DNA of 64,000 nucleotides from Antedon mediterranea (Eukaryota; Animalia; Echinodermata): NCBI RefSeq assembly GCF_964355755.1, contig NC_092671.1, forward strand, positions 7,564,001 through 7,628,000, given 5' to 3'. Made by a program: the position numbers and the translations under genes. This document shows, piece after piece, positions 45,001 to 56,500 of the stretch (its first letter is position 1; every line of letters begins with the position of its first letter). Under the pieces are notes generated by a model that ran no database searches, was not told the DNA's origin, and saw only the letters and a list, made by a program, of their open reading frames with translations.

Positions 45001-47779
45001 TATCACTACCATATTTGGGAATATCACTACCATATTTGGCACATAACACTTTTTTTGTCAAACTAGTTTGATAGTGTAGACAGAGCTTAAGACAAATAAG
45101 CATCTTTTATTCTTCAATATTCACAGATTACAGATGATGCTATGAAAAGTTTAGGAACATATTGTCAAGACTTGACCACATTAAATGTCCAGCAATGTCA
45201 GGTAGGTATAGATTTTTTTGGAAATTGTTGAGTTTTCTGTCATCTGCCATCCCCTCAAAAAATGAGAGCAAGTGAATTTAAACTTTTTAAAACAATTTAA
45301 ACTTAATTTTAAATTCTTTAACCATATTAATACTGTTAATATTAAGCCTATAACTAATTACGATCTATTACTAGGCTAAGGAAGCTGGGCAAGAGTTTTG
45401 TAAAATTTTATCTTGATGAATGTAATAAAGATTGAAATTATATTGTTACAGCAACTAACAGATGAAGGCATGCAACGATTAGCAAGCGGAGCCAAACAGT
45501 TGTGTTCTTTATGTTTGTCCAGTTGTTTACACCTAACAGACCAAACACCAGTAGCGCTTAGTAACTATTGTCCAAATTTAAGGTAGAGTATCTATCTTTA
45601 TCTATACCAAATAATAGTAGTGCCTAGTATATATTGCACTACTGCCGAAAATGTTATTGTGCAGGTTACGGAAAGGGCTATATACCTATACCCAACAAGA
45701 CCAGTGGCATGTGCTAACTTTGGTGATTTTCCAGTTTTGTCCAATTGTTTTATAGTTCAATTCAATTCTATTAACTTATTCCGTCACTTAATCTCCAAAT
45801 TATTTTGTTATTATTATGATAGCTACTATATTTCTGAAGTCTCTATAAAGTTTTCTTTTTCTTTTGACAGGACATTAGAAGTAGCAAGTTGTTCACAGTT
45901 TACAGACAACGGTTTCAGTGCATTAGCAAAAAAGTGCAAAGATTTGAGAAAAATGGATCTTGAAGAATGTGTCTTGGTAAGCTCAATGAATGAGAAATGA
46001 GAATTAATTCTTTTTCACATACAAGATAATTCTTGAAGAACTCAAAGCTAGAAATAAAAAAAGCTAGCCAAAATGGAGAGCCCAAAGGAGAGCCCCAATG
46101 AGCCAGACAGTGGCGTGTAGTACATTCAGATAACTTGTACTGTGCGCTGAACAATGTATTTCATCGTTTTCATCGTGTGTTCCAATTGAATACATGTCGT
46201 AAGATGGCTTGTAGAAAGTCTGTAAAAAAAAACAGATTATAAAATATACAACAAGGTACTGTATATTGTTAATTAAGAGAATGAATAAATAAATAAATCA
46301 TTAAACATTTCTTTTATATTTATTACACCTAGATAACAGATGCTACGTTAAGTCATTTAGCAAGTGGATGCCCACTCTTGACCAATCTTGTAAGTTTTAT
46401 TATGGTCTATAATATGACCCTTGACCTCAACCACAAATAGAAACACCCAGACCACATCTAAGTCTTAAAAAATATCCAGGAGTTATAAAGGGAGGTATAT
46501 CGCTTAATTTCGCGAGGAACGTCATTGCACAATGCATGATGGGAAGGGTTTGGAAGCAATAGCACCACCGTATTATAAAAACTTTATATACTTGTGGTGG
46601 TGATACTGCTCCTAATTCCTACCTATCACCACCGCTAATATTTATTATAAAACAAGACTACAGAAAATGTTTGAAGTAACAATAGGGTCCAATTATTTAT
46701 TTTTCTATTATAATCAGAAAACCTTCTATACAAAATGGATTGTAAAATCTGTATTGTACACAAACGAGCTACTGACCATAATATCTGAAGCCATTTCTTT
46801 GCACTATTAAATTTTTTTAGAGTTTATCGCACTGTGAATTGATTACAGACGAGGGCATACGACATATAGGAACGAGTGCGTGTGCCACCGAACACCTTGA
46901 AGTCATTGAACTGGACAACTGTCCTTTGATTACAGATGTTTCGTTAGATCACTTAATGGGCTGTCAAAATCTAGAACGTATAGAATTATTTGATTGTCAA
47001 CTTATTACAAGAGCCGGCATTCGTCGTCTTAGGGTAAGGTTGAGTAGATTTGACAGTTAACATGCTTGTTTGTCAAACACATTGTCCTGAGTTCAAACCC
47101 TGTATGAGGCCAGGATTTGTTAGCCTAGATAACTATTTTCATTATGAGATGAGGTGGTTAATAATAGGGGACATAAAGGGTGGAAAGTCCTGTTACAAAT
47201 ATGTGATTAAACATATACATAATAAATGAAATATTAATTTTTATATTAGCACTAACCAAAAATTTGTTATTCTGTCTTCTAAACCGCAAGACCGTTGCTC
47301 GCACTTTTCAATTTCCCTTTATCTATTCAGCTATGTTATAATGGAAATTTGTTTATAGAAATGTTTTTTTATACCAATTTCTTTGCGACGCCCGAATGCC
47401 ATGTTTGGTAATTCTCTCAGGAGATTTGAATGGGTAAAACAGCTAGTTAATTTTAATATTTCTGTACTGGATTATCCAAAATATTGATTATATCATTGTA
47501 TCAATTGTATAGTGGTCACAATATGTTGTTTATATACTGTACATACTACTACTACTACTTTTTGGTTCCAACAAATCCAACAGCTCAATACCATTTTCTG
47601 CCATCAATGGTATAACCTGTAAAAGTCAAAATAAACAATTTTGAATATTTTCAATATGTGTTTTGTTCTAGAGCCAGTTACCAAATATTAAAGTTCATGC
47701 TTACTTTGCACCTCTGACACCGCCCCCGTCAGTTGGTGGTGGACGTCAACGGTATTGCAGGTGCTGTACAATTGTTTGA
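30031..47779 (+). CDS. FBXL20: F-box/LRR-repeat protein FBXL2/FBXL20 ortholog, ~433 aa, C-terminal CaaX (CRCCTIV)
   Basis: Exons 30031-30060 (MTNSIRSRSD, upstream in-frame stop; least certain exon), 32525-32589, 32856-32910, 36338-36412, 38293-38387, 40763-40927, 44418-44544, 45127-45201, 45452-45582, 45871-45976, 46333-46389, 46821-47033 and 47672-47779. All introns are GT-AG and phase-consistent, totalling 1302 nt. F-box INRKLPKELTLRIFSYLD, WNVLALDGSNWQ, Cys-rich LRRs and the KVHAYFAP..RQRYCRCC tail are present. Confidence 0.95.
31986..32476. mobile_element. MITE with ~40-bp TIRs
   Basis: AGGGAGGCTTCGCAATCTTACGAATACGATAATGAAAACG ... CGTTTTCGTTATCGTATTCGTAAGGTTGCGAAACCTCCCT, with AAT on both flanks (31983-31985 and 32477-32479). 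Confidence 0.85.
34226..34323. mobile_element. MITE family A copy (internally deleted)
   Basis: agctctgtctacattatcaaact ... tagtgtggacagagct. Confidence 0.7.
34768..34918. mobile_element. MITE family A copy
   Basis: Both TIRs and the internal cactaccatattgggca repeats are present. Confidence 0.8.
34956..35286. mobile_element. Kolobok-like MITE
   Basis: TTAA|AGATGTATTGTCCC ... GGGAACAATACATCT|TTAA. Confidence 0.75.
36678..36975. repeat. 69-bp tandem repeat, ~4 copies
   Basis: gtggca(t/c)tct(g/a)gctgcc recurs at ~36738, 36807, 36876 and 36945. Confidence 0.85.
38478..38631. mobile_element. MITE family A copy
   Basis: tgtctacactatcaaactagtttgac ... tgtagacagagct; left tip eroded. Confidence 0.75.
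40340..40667. mobile_element. Tc1/mariner-like MITE with an expanded internal 17-bp minisatellite
   Basis: (ctgaatagggatgtcca)n at ~40470-40635; ends tttctactg-TA like the copy at 25061-25213. Confidence 0.7.
41826..42011. mobile_element. Imperfect ~185-bp palindrome, MITE-like
   Basis: tgggtggcgccatt..catggagaagcgcgccc pairs with ggggcgctgctccatg..aatggcgtcgccca; the inner ctataggggg/ccctctatag also pair. Confidence 0.6.
42386..42600 (-). mobile_element. Helitron-like 3' end
   Basis: The minus strand reads ...AGATGGTACGCGAGCGAAGCGAGCGTGCCATCTAG-T: a GC hairpin followed by CTAG|T. The far boundary is uncertain. Confidence 0.5.
42966..43492. repeat. Direct tandem duplication of ~261 bp
   Basis: The block ttatttgtatattatatgtttataatctaacagtagggcctacccacactcacag...aaccaaataatttggaatgtt occurs twice, nearly identical. 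Confidence 0.9.
43583..43942. repeat. Dispersed ~360-bp repeat; inverted copy at 62281-62638
   Basis: Near-identical reverse complements, e.g. gttcaaccggttttcagctattaaaaacaattatcgtaggaggagatagg and aaaacacccctatttggggcaaatcgttgaacc. Confidence 0.9.
44131..44278. mobile_element. MITE family A copy
   Basis: Both TIRs recognisable. Confidence 0.75.
44942..45087. mobile_element. MITE family A copy
   Basis: Both TIRs present; ends ~40 bp before the FBXL acceptor at 45126. Confidence 0.8.
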
Positions 47780-49057
47780 TATTGGTTGAACGCGTCAAGA
47801 TGCTTATCAGTGTGCAAAGGTCAAGGTAATTGCAGGTCATATCAGTAAGGTCAGCTTGTATCCACTAAGAAAGGTAGTTGCTATTTCATTCGATTATCAA
47901 TTAGATATATGTGCATTGGAAATTATAGCAGGTAGGATATGCAGATTGTAAGGAGTAAGATGCAAATTATCACAGGTGAGATATGCTAATTGTAATGGGT
48001 GACATGGAAATTGTCACAGGTGAGATATGCTAATTGTAATGGGTGGAGAAGCAAATTTGTACAAGTGGGTTTTGCTAATTCTATATATTGGATCTTGCTG
48101 ATAATAACTATTTGCACATGCGTTAGATAATAGACTTTCGTGTATGTTGTAATTTAAATATGCTTAAAAGCAAGGAAACACTTGTATGCAAAGTGTGTGA
48201 CATTTGAAACGCAACAAATCATAATATGTTTGACATACATGATTATTTCTACTGATATAAACCTGGCTAAGAAAATATAAAGCACGTCTTCATTTACTTT
48301 AAAGATGAAACTTGGTTCTCATTTCTGATTGGTGCTGGTAATGTTACGCATTGATACGCATCAGTGACTCTGTGGTATGTAAAAATTAATAAAAAATGCT
48401 ATACCCATTCCACTTGTAGTAATGTATTTCAATATAGATTTATAGAACAAGCGCTTATTACATTCGGTAGTATCTTTCCAGATGTGTAAAGATTCAAACC
48501 CACACCATTGGTTTCTTTTTCCGAGCACTTCAAGATGTTAAATATTTTAATATGTTAATTTTATATTGGTTACAAAATACATTAAAGCTCAGTAATGATG
48601 TGTAGTCAATTTTGTGCATCTGCGATTTGGTATCCTATATCATGTAATTCCTTTTGTTCTGGACAATACCAAGCTTTTCGATAAAACACAAATCAACATC
48701 TACTATTTATAATGTAATAACAAACCAGTTCATCTTTGTTTAGTTTCTTTCTACTTCGGTATAAATAAATTAAATTATACTTGTAATTAACAAGACTAAC
48801 TTATAAACAGTGGACCAGTTTAAAAATTAACTTTTATATTGTCATATATTTAATGTGTAAAGTTTGAAGTTTAATTTATTATTTAAAACAGTTGCTTCAT
48901 TATTGCAAAGATATCAGTAAGTTTTACATGTCACAATATGTCCTGTAAAAGTGCCTCGTTGTAAAATATCGATTGCGGATTGCTTATATTATTATGAAAT
49001 TGTTGGATTCATAGTTCTGGATTTTTATACTTTTTAAATGGATGGGTTAACAAATAA

Positions 49058-49212
49058 CAGAGGCGGATCTAGGATTTTGAAATAGGGTGCCAAGAGCCTA
49101 AAAATGGCAAATTTTAAGTGCCAAACTGAAATTAGTGTCCTATCTTTTGCATTACAATTTTCAAAATTTAGGGGGCCCCGGGCCGGCTGTGCCCTCCTTC
49201 TATCCACCTATG
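49058..49212. mobile_element. Short GC-ended MITE (cagaggcggatctagg...tatccacctatg)
   Basis: Imperfect terminal inverted repeat; related heads near 1950 and 26990. Confidence 0.45.
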
Positions 49213-50434
49213 AATAAACTATTAGTTTGTGTTTAAATATTTAAATATTTTCTAATTACAAACAAATTTGTATTGAACAAGCATGTTAATTAAAACTTAC
49301 TAATAACCATAAACTTAAACTGAAAGGTAAATTTTAAATGGGTACAGAAATTAGAAATGATTACATTAAAGGTCCATTGCAGCCAATTTCAATTCTTTCA
49401 CTATTTTACATTTAGGAGATGTGTATAAATGTAAACCTATTATGTATCCAAGATTTCTAATTCATCCACTTCATAAACCCGTCTAAACCTAATGGGGCTA
49501 TTTTGGTTAGAAGAATTCTGGTAATGTGGTAATGGCAGAATTTTAACCCAATACTTTGAGTTTATAAGCAAACATGGGAACCACCAAACTATAGTGCCGT
49601 TAAATTGCTACTTAGGATATAGGGTGAAATACTAAAGCGCATCGGTCTTGCTACATATTTATGTTCAGGTCTGTAGTATGGTGTTAAATAAATTATATAC
49701 TGCTATAGTAACACAGTTGAGTATTATTGTATACGTGTATGTATAATTTAATATTTTAATGTTGTATATATCTACACTGGTTGATAATATATATATATAA
49801 ATATATTATGTATTTGATAACTTTTTACAGAAATGAAGACCAATTTATGAGTATATGATCATGATAACCAACATGAGAATAACCATAATTCTGACTGTAT
49901 TGTTAAGTGGTAGATATAAGTTAACATATTTATGCAATTCAATCAATTTGTATTGTCATCATTGTTGAGTGTTATTCAACTTAAACAATAGCTTCAATCT
50001 TATTTTCCAACATGCACCTGCTGAGATCCGTTGAACATATTTTTTCAGATAATATATCATTCAACAAATTCATTTTGTCAAATGTCTGGGAATGTCTGCG
50101 TTTAAAAAAAATAAAAATTCAATGCATGCTGTGAAATATTTTGAAGTTACTGTTTGTGTTACACTTTGAATACTCCAAAATGATGGTACCCATTCAGGAT
50201 TTGTTACCCTGATAAGGTGGTTCTCACAAAAGTTATTGTTCTTAACTTACCTGGTATATAATTAACCCTTAACTCCATTAACATCTTTTTAAAATAATAT
50301 TTGAATGGATTATTATATAATTTATTTATAGTATAAATGATTTATTACCAGTAAAGTATTTATATGAATAACTTGATTGCAATTAAATTATGACCGACAA
50401 AATGATAATGTAGCCAAGACCATATTCTAAAAAT

Positions 50435-50622
50435 ATATGGTAGTGATATTCCCAAATATGGCAGTGATATTCCCAAATATGGTAGTGATATGCCCAAATA
50501 TGGTAGTGATGCCCAAATATGGTAGTGAAGCCCAAATATGGTAGTGATATAATATCATCATGTCAATATATGGGCACATCACATTGTTTTGTCACATAAA
50601 GTTTGATAGTGTAGACAGAGCT
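50435..50622. mobile_element. MITE family A copy, left end lost, internal 19-21-bp repeat expanded (~5x)
   Basis: (atatggtagtgatattccca)n followed by an intact right TIR. Confidence 0.8.
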
Positions 50623-52060
50623 TTAGGAAGGTCAGTAACAATAGTAGCCAGTCCCCATGCTATAAAATTGAATTTGCTTTAGTAACTTTTAAGTGAAAGT
50701 TGGAAATTCGTAAAGCAATTTCACATTATTAAGATTAGAGGAAATGCCTTTGATTGCCATAAAGTTTTAAAAAGTTTATCATATAAAAAAAAAACAACTA
50801 TGAATTATCCAGAAGCAAATATAATCATGTTTTGATTTTAAATCAAAAGTATTTATATAAAAGTAATAATGAGTCATGTTAATTGATATTAATTAACATG
50901 TTTTTAAAGCAATTGTATTTTTTGTAGCTGAAACCGAAAGTGTGTACATTGAATGTACACATGTAAAAGTACCTGTCTATATGAACATTATTTGTGTCAT
51001 TTAGTTCAGTTTAGTGCTCCGGCCATGATTGAAATGAAATATTTGTAAAGCATAGCGATATTATATTATAAAAAAGTCTGTGGTAACTGTGCTGTGTCAA
51101 TAAGTATTGTGAATAAGTTATTTTGGTTTTAAAAAAAGAAAGAAAAATGGTTGTATTGTACATTATTGTACAAATTGTTGCACTGCATTGCTAGTAGCGA
51201 GTGTAGTGCTACGCTAGTTATGTACGTGTAAGTTATTTTGGTTAACAAAAATAAAAAAATGAATTTTGTGGTTAGGATGCTAATTCAAATGGCTGTTTAC
51301 TAAAGATATATTTAATTGTGTGTGTAGGCCTACTCCTCTGTATGTTCTTTTGAACGTTTCCAATGTTACGTGGCGCCGTTTGAGACAATTTAAAATATAT
51401 TAATTAGATATGTCCCAAGCGGCGCCCCGTACTTGTAAGAAATCTATTCTTCATTTTGTTTTGTTTGCATTCTCTCGCAGCTTGTCATTCCAAACTACAC
51501 TGTGATACAAGCCACCACTACTGATATAACCGTGTATATCTTTAGATAACCCATCGTTATTATTGTACAAAAAATATATATTTATTCTTCCCTCTGCAAT
51601 GCGTAGTTTATATATTTGTAAGTTAATTTGCATATTTAGAAAAAAAAACTATTTATAATAATCGTTGAAAAAATGCATGCTTTTTGTATTAAGTATTAGT
51701 AATTATTTTACTTGTACGTTAATTTTATCCAAATATATTTTAATATTAAATTCTTAAGCAAGACGCTTTGTATAATGGAATACTATGTAGTTTGATTCGT
51801 TACTATTCAGTTTTATTTTATTTGAACAATAATTCTGTTTTCTGTTATCATCTCATGAAAATAGTTTTACATTGGGAAAACATCTTATCTTAGGCCTATA
51901 CCAAAACTATGTTTCATAAAAGTCTTCATAATTTGTGTCACCATCGTTATTTATCGTATGATCTTTAATTTATTCATCATGTATATTGTATCGCAGCGGC
52001 AAAGATATATTTTATTCACATCATGCATGCAGTCATCAACGTATCAACCGCTGTAACTTG

Positions 52061-52610
52061 CCATTGTCACAATCGGTATCATCGTCCATTGTCACAATCA
52101 GCATTATTTTACATTGTCACAACCGGTATATTATATTGCCGGCCCATCGTCACAATCGGTATCATCGTCCATTGTCACAATCAGCATTATTTTACATTGT
52201 CACAACCGGTATATTATATTGCCCATCGTCACAATCGGTATCATCGTCTATTTGTCACAATCAGCATTATTTTATATTGTCGCAATCGGTTTATTATATT
52301 GCCCATTTTCACAATCGGTATTATTTTCTTTTTGTCACAATCGGTAATATTGCCCATCACAATCGGTATTATTTTATATTGTCGCAATCGGTTTATTATA
52401 TTGCCTATTGTCAAAATAATCGGTATTATTTCTTTTGTCACAATCGGTAATATTTCCCATCACAATCGGTATTATAGTCTATTTGTCACAATCGGTATAT
52501 TATATTGCCCATTGTAACAATCGGTATATTTTCTATTGTCACAATCGGTACTATAGTTTATTTGTCACAACCGGTATATTAGATTGTCCTTATCAAAATC
52601 GATATTATTT
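52061..52610. repeat. Degenerate minisatellite built on ttgtcacaatcggtat units
   Basis: Many imperfect tandem units of ~24-28 bp, with longer higher-order blocks repeated at the left end. Confidence 0.85.
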
Positions 52611-53562
52611 TTGTCAGTTTCCATATAGTTTGTGATGTTTGTGTAATGTTTTAAGGGAATTTAATGAGCTTAAACGAAGAAAACGAGAAATAAAATGAAA
52701 GATTTAATCCAATATCTGGTAATCATTATTTTAACGTTCGTCATACGGAGCAGGCGAAACACCGCAATGATAATCTAGCCGACACAAATATGCAACAGTA
52801 CTAATAACGTAGCCATCATTCATGGGGGTATGGTTGTTAGGTCAGTCTCAAATCAATGTTGGGTTAAATAATGATATGTTTAGTTATTAGGCCTGCTGAA
52901 CTTCACATTCGCAAAAAGTGACGATACGAACAGACGTTTGTACCGACTAAAGTTTCCGGTCTCTCTTCTTGTGGCGCTTTGACAAATCGACACCTGTATG
53001 ATGAAATGAAAATATTTTGGAAATTAACAGCTGTAGGTCTTTCGTTGTTTCACTGTATTCCACTGAACTGTAGACAATTATCATCAGATACACATAGCAT
53101 TTTTGTGATTTATCTAGGTGCTTTATTGGAATTGGGAATATACACAGTAACATGCATAATTGGATTCTACGGCAGTTCCGAATTTCTACAGATCGTCCTG
53201 ACATGCAAATGCCATAGCGGTAACAAACAAAGTAGGATGCGGAAATAGTGTAGTGGGTTTAAACACTGTGCTCAAGGAAATGTAAACACAATAATGTGAC
53301 ACAAAAGGTAATATATAAATTTATTTATTAAAGTGCGTTATACAAAATATAGCTATTTTCATAACTTGTTTTCACACATTGAGACTCAGAGTAACTTCTG
53401 GCGATTTCATAATGCCCAATTATTTATAATTGAAGTACTATATTTGTTCAACTGTAAATCTAAATATATGCTGTACTTATTGCGCTATTCTTTGTTTTGG
53501 GTCAGCGACTGTTCTATGTCTACATTTTACATACTTCAATTTAGGCCTATACCAGATTCTTT

Positions 53563-56500
53563 CTACAGTACTTTATGTATAAAAACTGCCATCTTCCATT
53601 GTTGGTCTCCTCCATCGAAGTTACCTCTTTGAATTAGTTCCCATTTCATCGAACGTTCTTTTTGTTTCATGTCATCTTCTAGTTGGTTGTTTGCATATGG
53701 TTCATACTCGTCTAACCATTGCTGTCTCAGCACGTTGACAATAACACCACCTGTAAATGTAAATTTAACACGGTATTCAATTTTACTCACAATAGCTTGT
53801 TTCATTGATATTTAACAGGCAGAAGTTAGAACGGGTGCATTATTATTTCGCCGTGGCAAAAGATTATTTTAATTTTTTTTTTTTTTTAAAGTGTTTTTTT
53901 TTTCTTTTTTTAAATTTATATAAGATATGAAAACAATAAAAAAAACAGTTGGCAAGTTAAAAGACCTATCTATAAAATCGTGTCATTGTACAACCAATAT
54001 AATTTATTTTTATTTATTTGCGCTTTTAAGAGTAACTGAAGCCTGGTTTCCATTAAAATCGCTACAGCGTTTCCATTAAAATCGCTACACGCGCAGATGT
54101 CGCCGACGCAATCGGGAAGGCTCACCCATCGCAGTCAAATCGGCAAAGTTCAACCGGACCATGTTCAACTTTGCCGATTTTGTCGGCGATGAATCGTATA
54201 CGCGCGGCGTACCAAAGAATATTTAGCGCTCGCGTACTAGATCCCCGATAAATTCTCAATTCTAGCGTTTCCATAGAATCGCTACGTTGACTTGTAGAAT
54301 TCAACAACAATACACAAATCCACTTTATTTGATTGCACTTTTATGGAATGAAGAGTAACGGCCTATACAATTGCCATCTACGATAACACATTATATCTAT
54401 AGAATTCAACCATTGACAATAGACACAATACCATACTTTATAATTATTGTTTACACTTTTAGAATAGTAAAATGAAGGTCAACTATACAACAGTAATAGG
54501 CTATACCTGGTTTAACTATGCGAATCCATTCATCGAAACAATCTGAATGAAGGTGGCCAGGGACAAAACCTCCAACGCATATAAGCCCGTCGTAACAATC
54601 TAGATGAAAACATAAAATTATATATTATCAGCCTGCACGATTTTTTAATTCACATTTTTGGTTGAATATGAAATTTGAATATCACATAATAGTTGTCGGT
54701 CTGTCGCCTGTGTGATTCAATTATTTTTTTAAAATTTCATACGCATCCAACAGCGAGTAACTATTTTATAATTGCTTATTTGATATGGGCGGCCATTAGG
54801 GCCAAAATAGACAAACGTTGCCGTACGAACAATTCCGCTCCCGTAAGGCAAACTAATGTCGTTAAAGACATAATTCCTCGAGTGACAAACAAATATTGCC
54901 GTACGGACACACAAACACATTGCCATATGAACAAATTGCCGTATGGTTAAATTGGCGTAAGGACAAAAATTGGCGTAAGGACAAAAATTGCCGTAAGGAC
55001 AAAAATTGGCGAAAGGACAAATTGGCGTACAGTCTAACTAAATATAAACGTTGAGGGCAGCATAGTATTTTAAAACCACGTGACTGAAACCACTCTGTGT
55101 CCAGTCCTGCCAGGTATATAAAATATACCAAATTGACTATTGAGAATTCTCAACTATTACCACAGTACGACTGTACGACGAAGTCTACTGGTATATTCGG
55201 ATAGCTAGGCTGATTTCCTTGTTAACTTAAGGGGTTCATTCATTTAATTACTGAATTCTGATTGGCATGGTAGTATGCCCTAAAGGAAATTTACTGGAAT
55301 CCCATTGGATGGTAAGGTGGTAGTAGGACCATGTCCATCCTATTGCAGTAATAAATAAAGTTGAGCCACCTGCGACCATTACAATGTCCTACCATGCTAA
55401 TGTAGGAGTGGGGAATTATGCTTACTACTGTTTCTTTCTTAATAATTTAGTACAATTATTAAGAATAAAGAATACACTTAACAATATAACAAATAACATT
55501 AATGTACGATGTAGTTTAACACTGTTCTTAACTATAGTCATTTTGGTATACTTGAGAACATTGATAAAGAATAGGATAAACTTAACAATATACAAAAAAT
55601 AAAATTAATGTACGATCCCGTTTAACACTGTTCTCAACTATAGTCATTTTGGTCTACTTGAGCACAGTGATAAAGAATAGGATAAACTTAATAAAATACA
55701 ACAAATAACATTAATGTACGATACCGTTTAACACTGTTCTCAACTATAGTCATTTTGGTATACTTGTCCAAGTCATATTCATCTAAAAGATAAATGCTGA
55801 GTAAACGGGACTAGTGGTCCTACTCTAACATCTGGACGACTAAGGAGGTACCGTACCCCAGTATAATCCAACTAAGTGACTACCAGGAGCAATTCGCCGT
55901 TTTCTCACAAATACAGTATCGAATTTCACTATAATATTAATAAATCGTAATTGAGTTACACTCAGATTTAAAAGATGAGGGCTGAGTAAACGGGACCAGT
56001 GGTCATACTCTAACTTTTACTGGACGACTAAGGAGGTACCCTAGTATAATCCCACCAAGTGACACCCAGGAGCAATCCGCCGTTTTCTCACAAATACAGT
56101 ATAAAATTCCACTATATATAAAAAATCGTAATTGAGTTACACTCAGATTTAAAAGATAAATGCTGAGTAAACGGGACCAGCAGTTCCACTCTAACTTATA
56201 CTGGACTAAGGAGGTACCCTAGTATAATCCCACCAAGCATGGATTAAGGAATATTATTCTATTCTTTAATCCATGCACCAAGTAACTCCCAGGAGCAATC
56301 CGCCGTTTTCTCACAAATACAGTATCAAATTTCACTATAATATTAAAAATCGTAATTGAGTTACACTCAGATTTAAAAGATGAGGGCTGAGTAAACGGGA
56401 CCAGTGGTCATACTCTAACTTTTACTGGACGACTAAAGAGGTACCCTAGAGTATAATCCCACCAAGTGACTCCCAGGAACAATCCGCCGTTTTCTCACAA

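Noticed and set aside
51986-52635. Overlapping His/Cys-rich ORFs
   Set aside because: They are translations of a minisatellite open in several frames, with no coherent domain.
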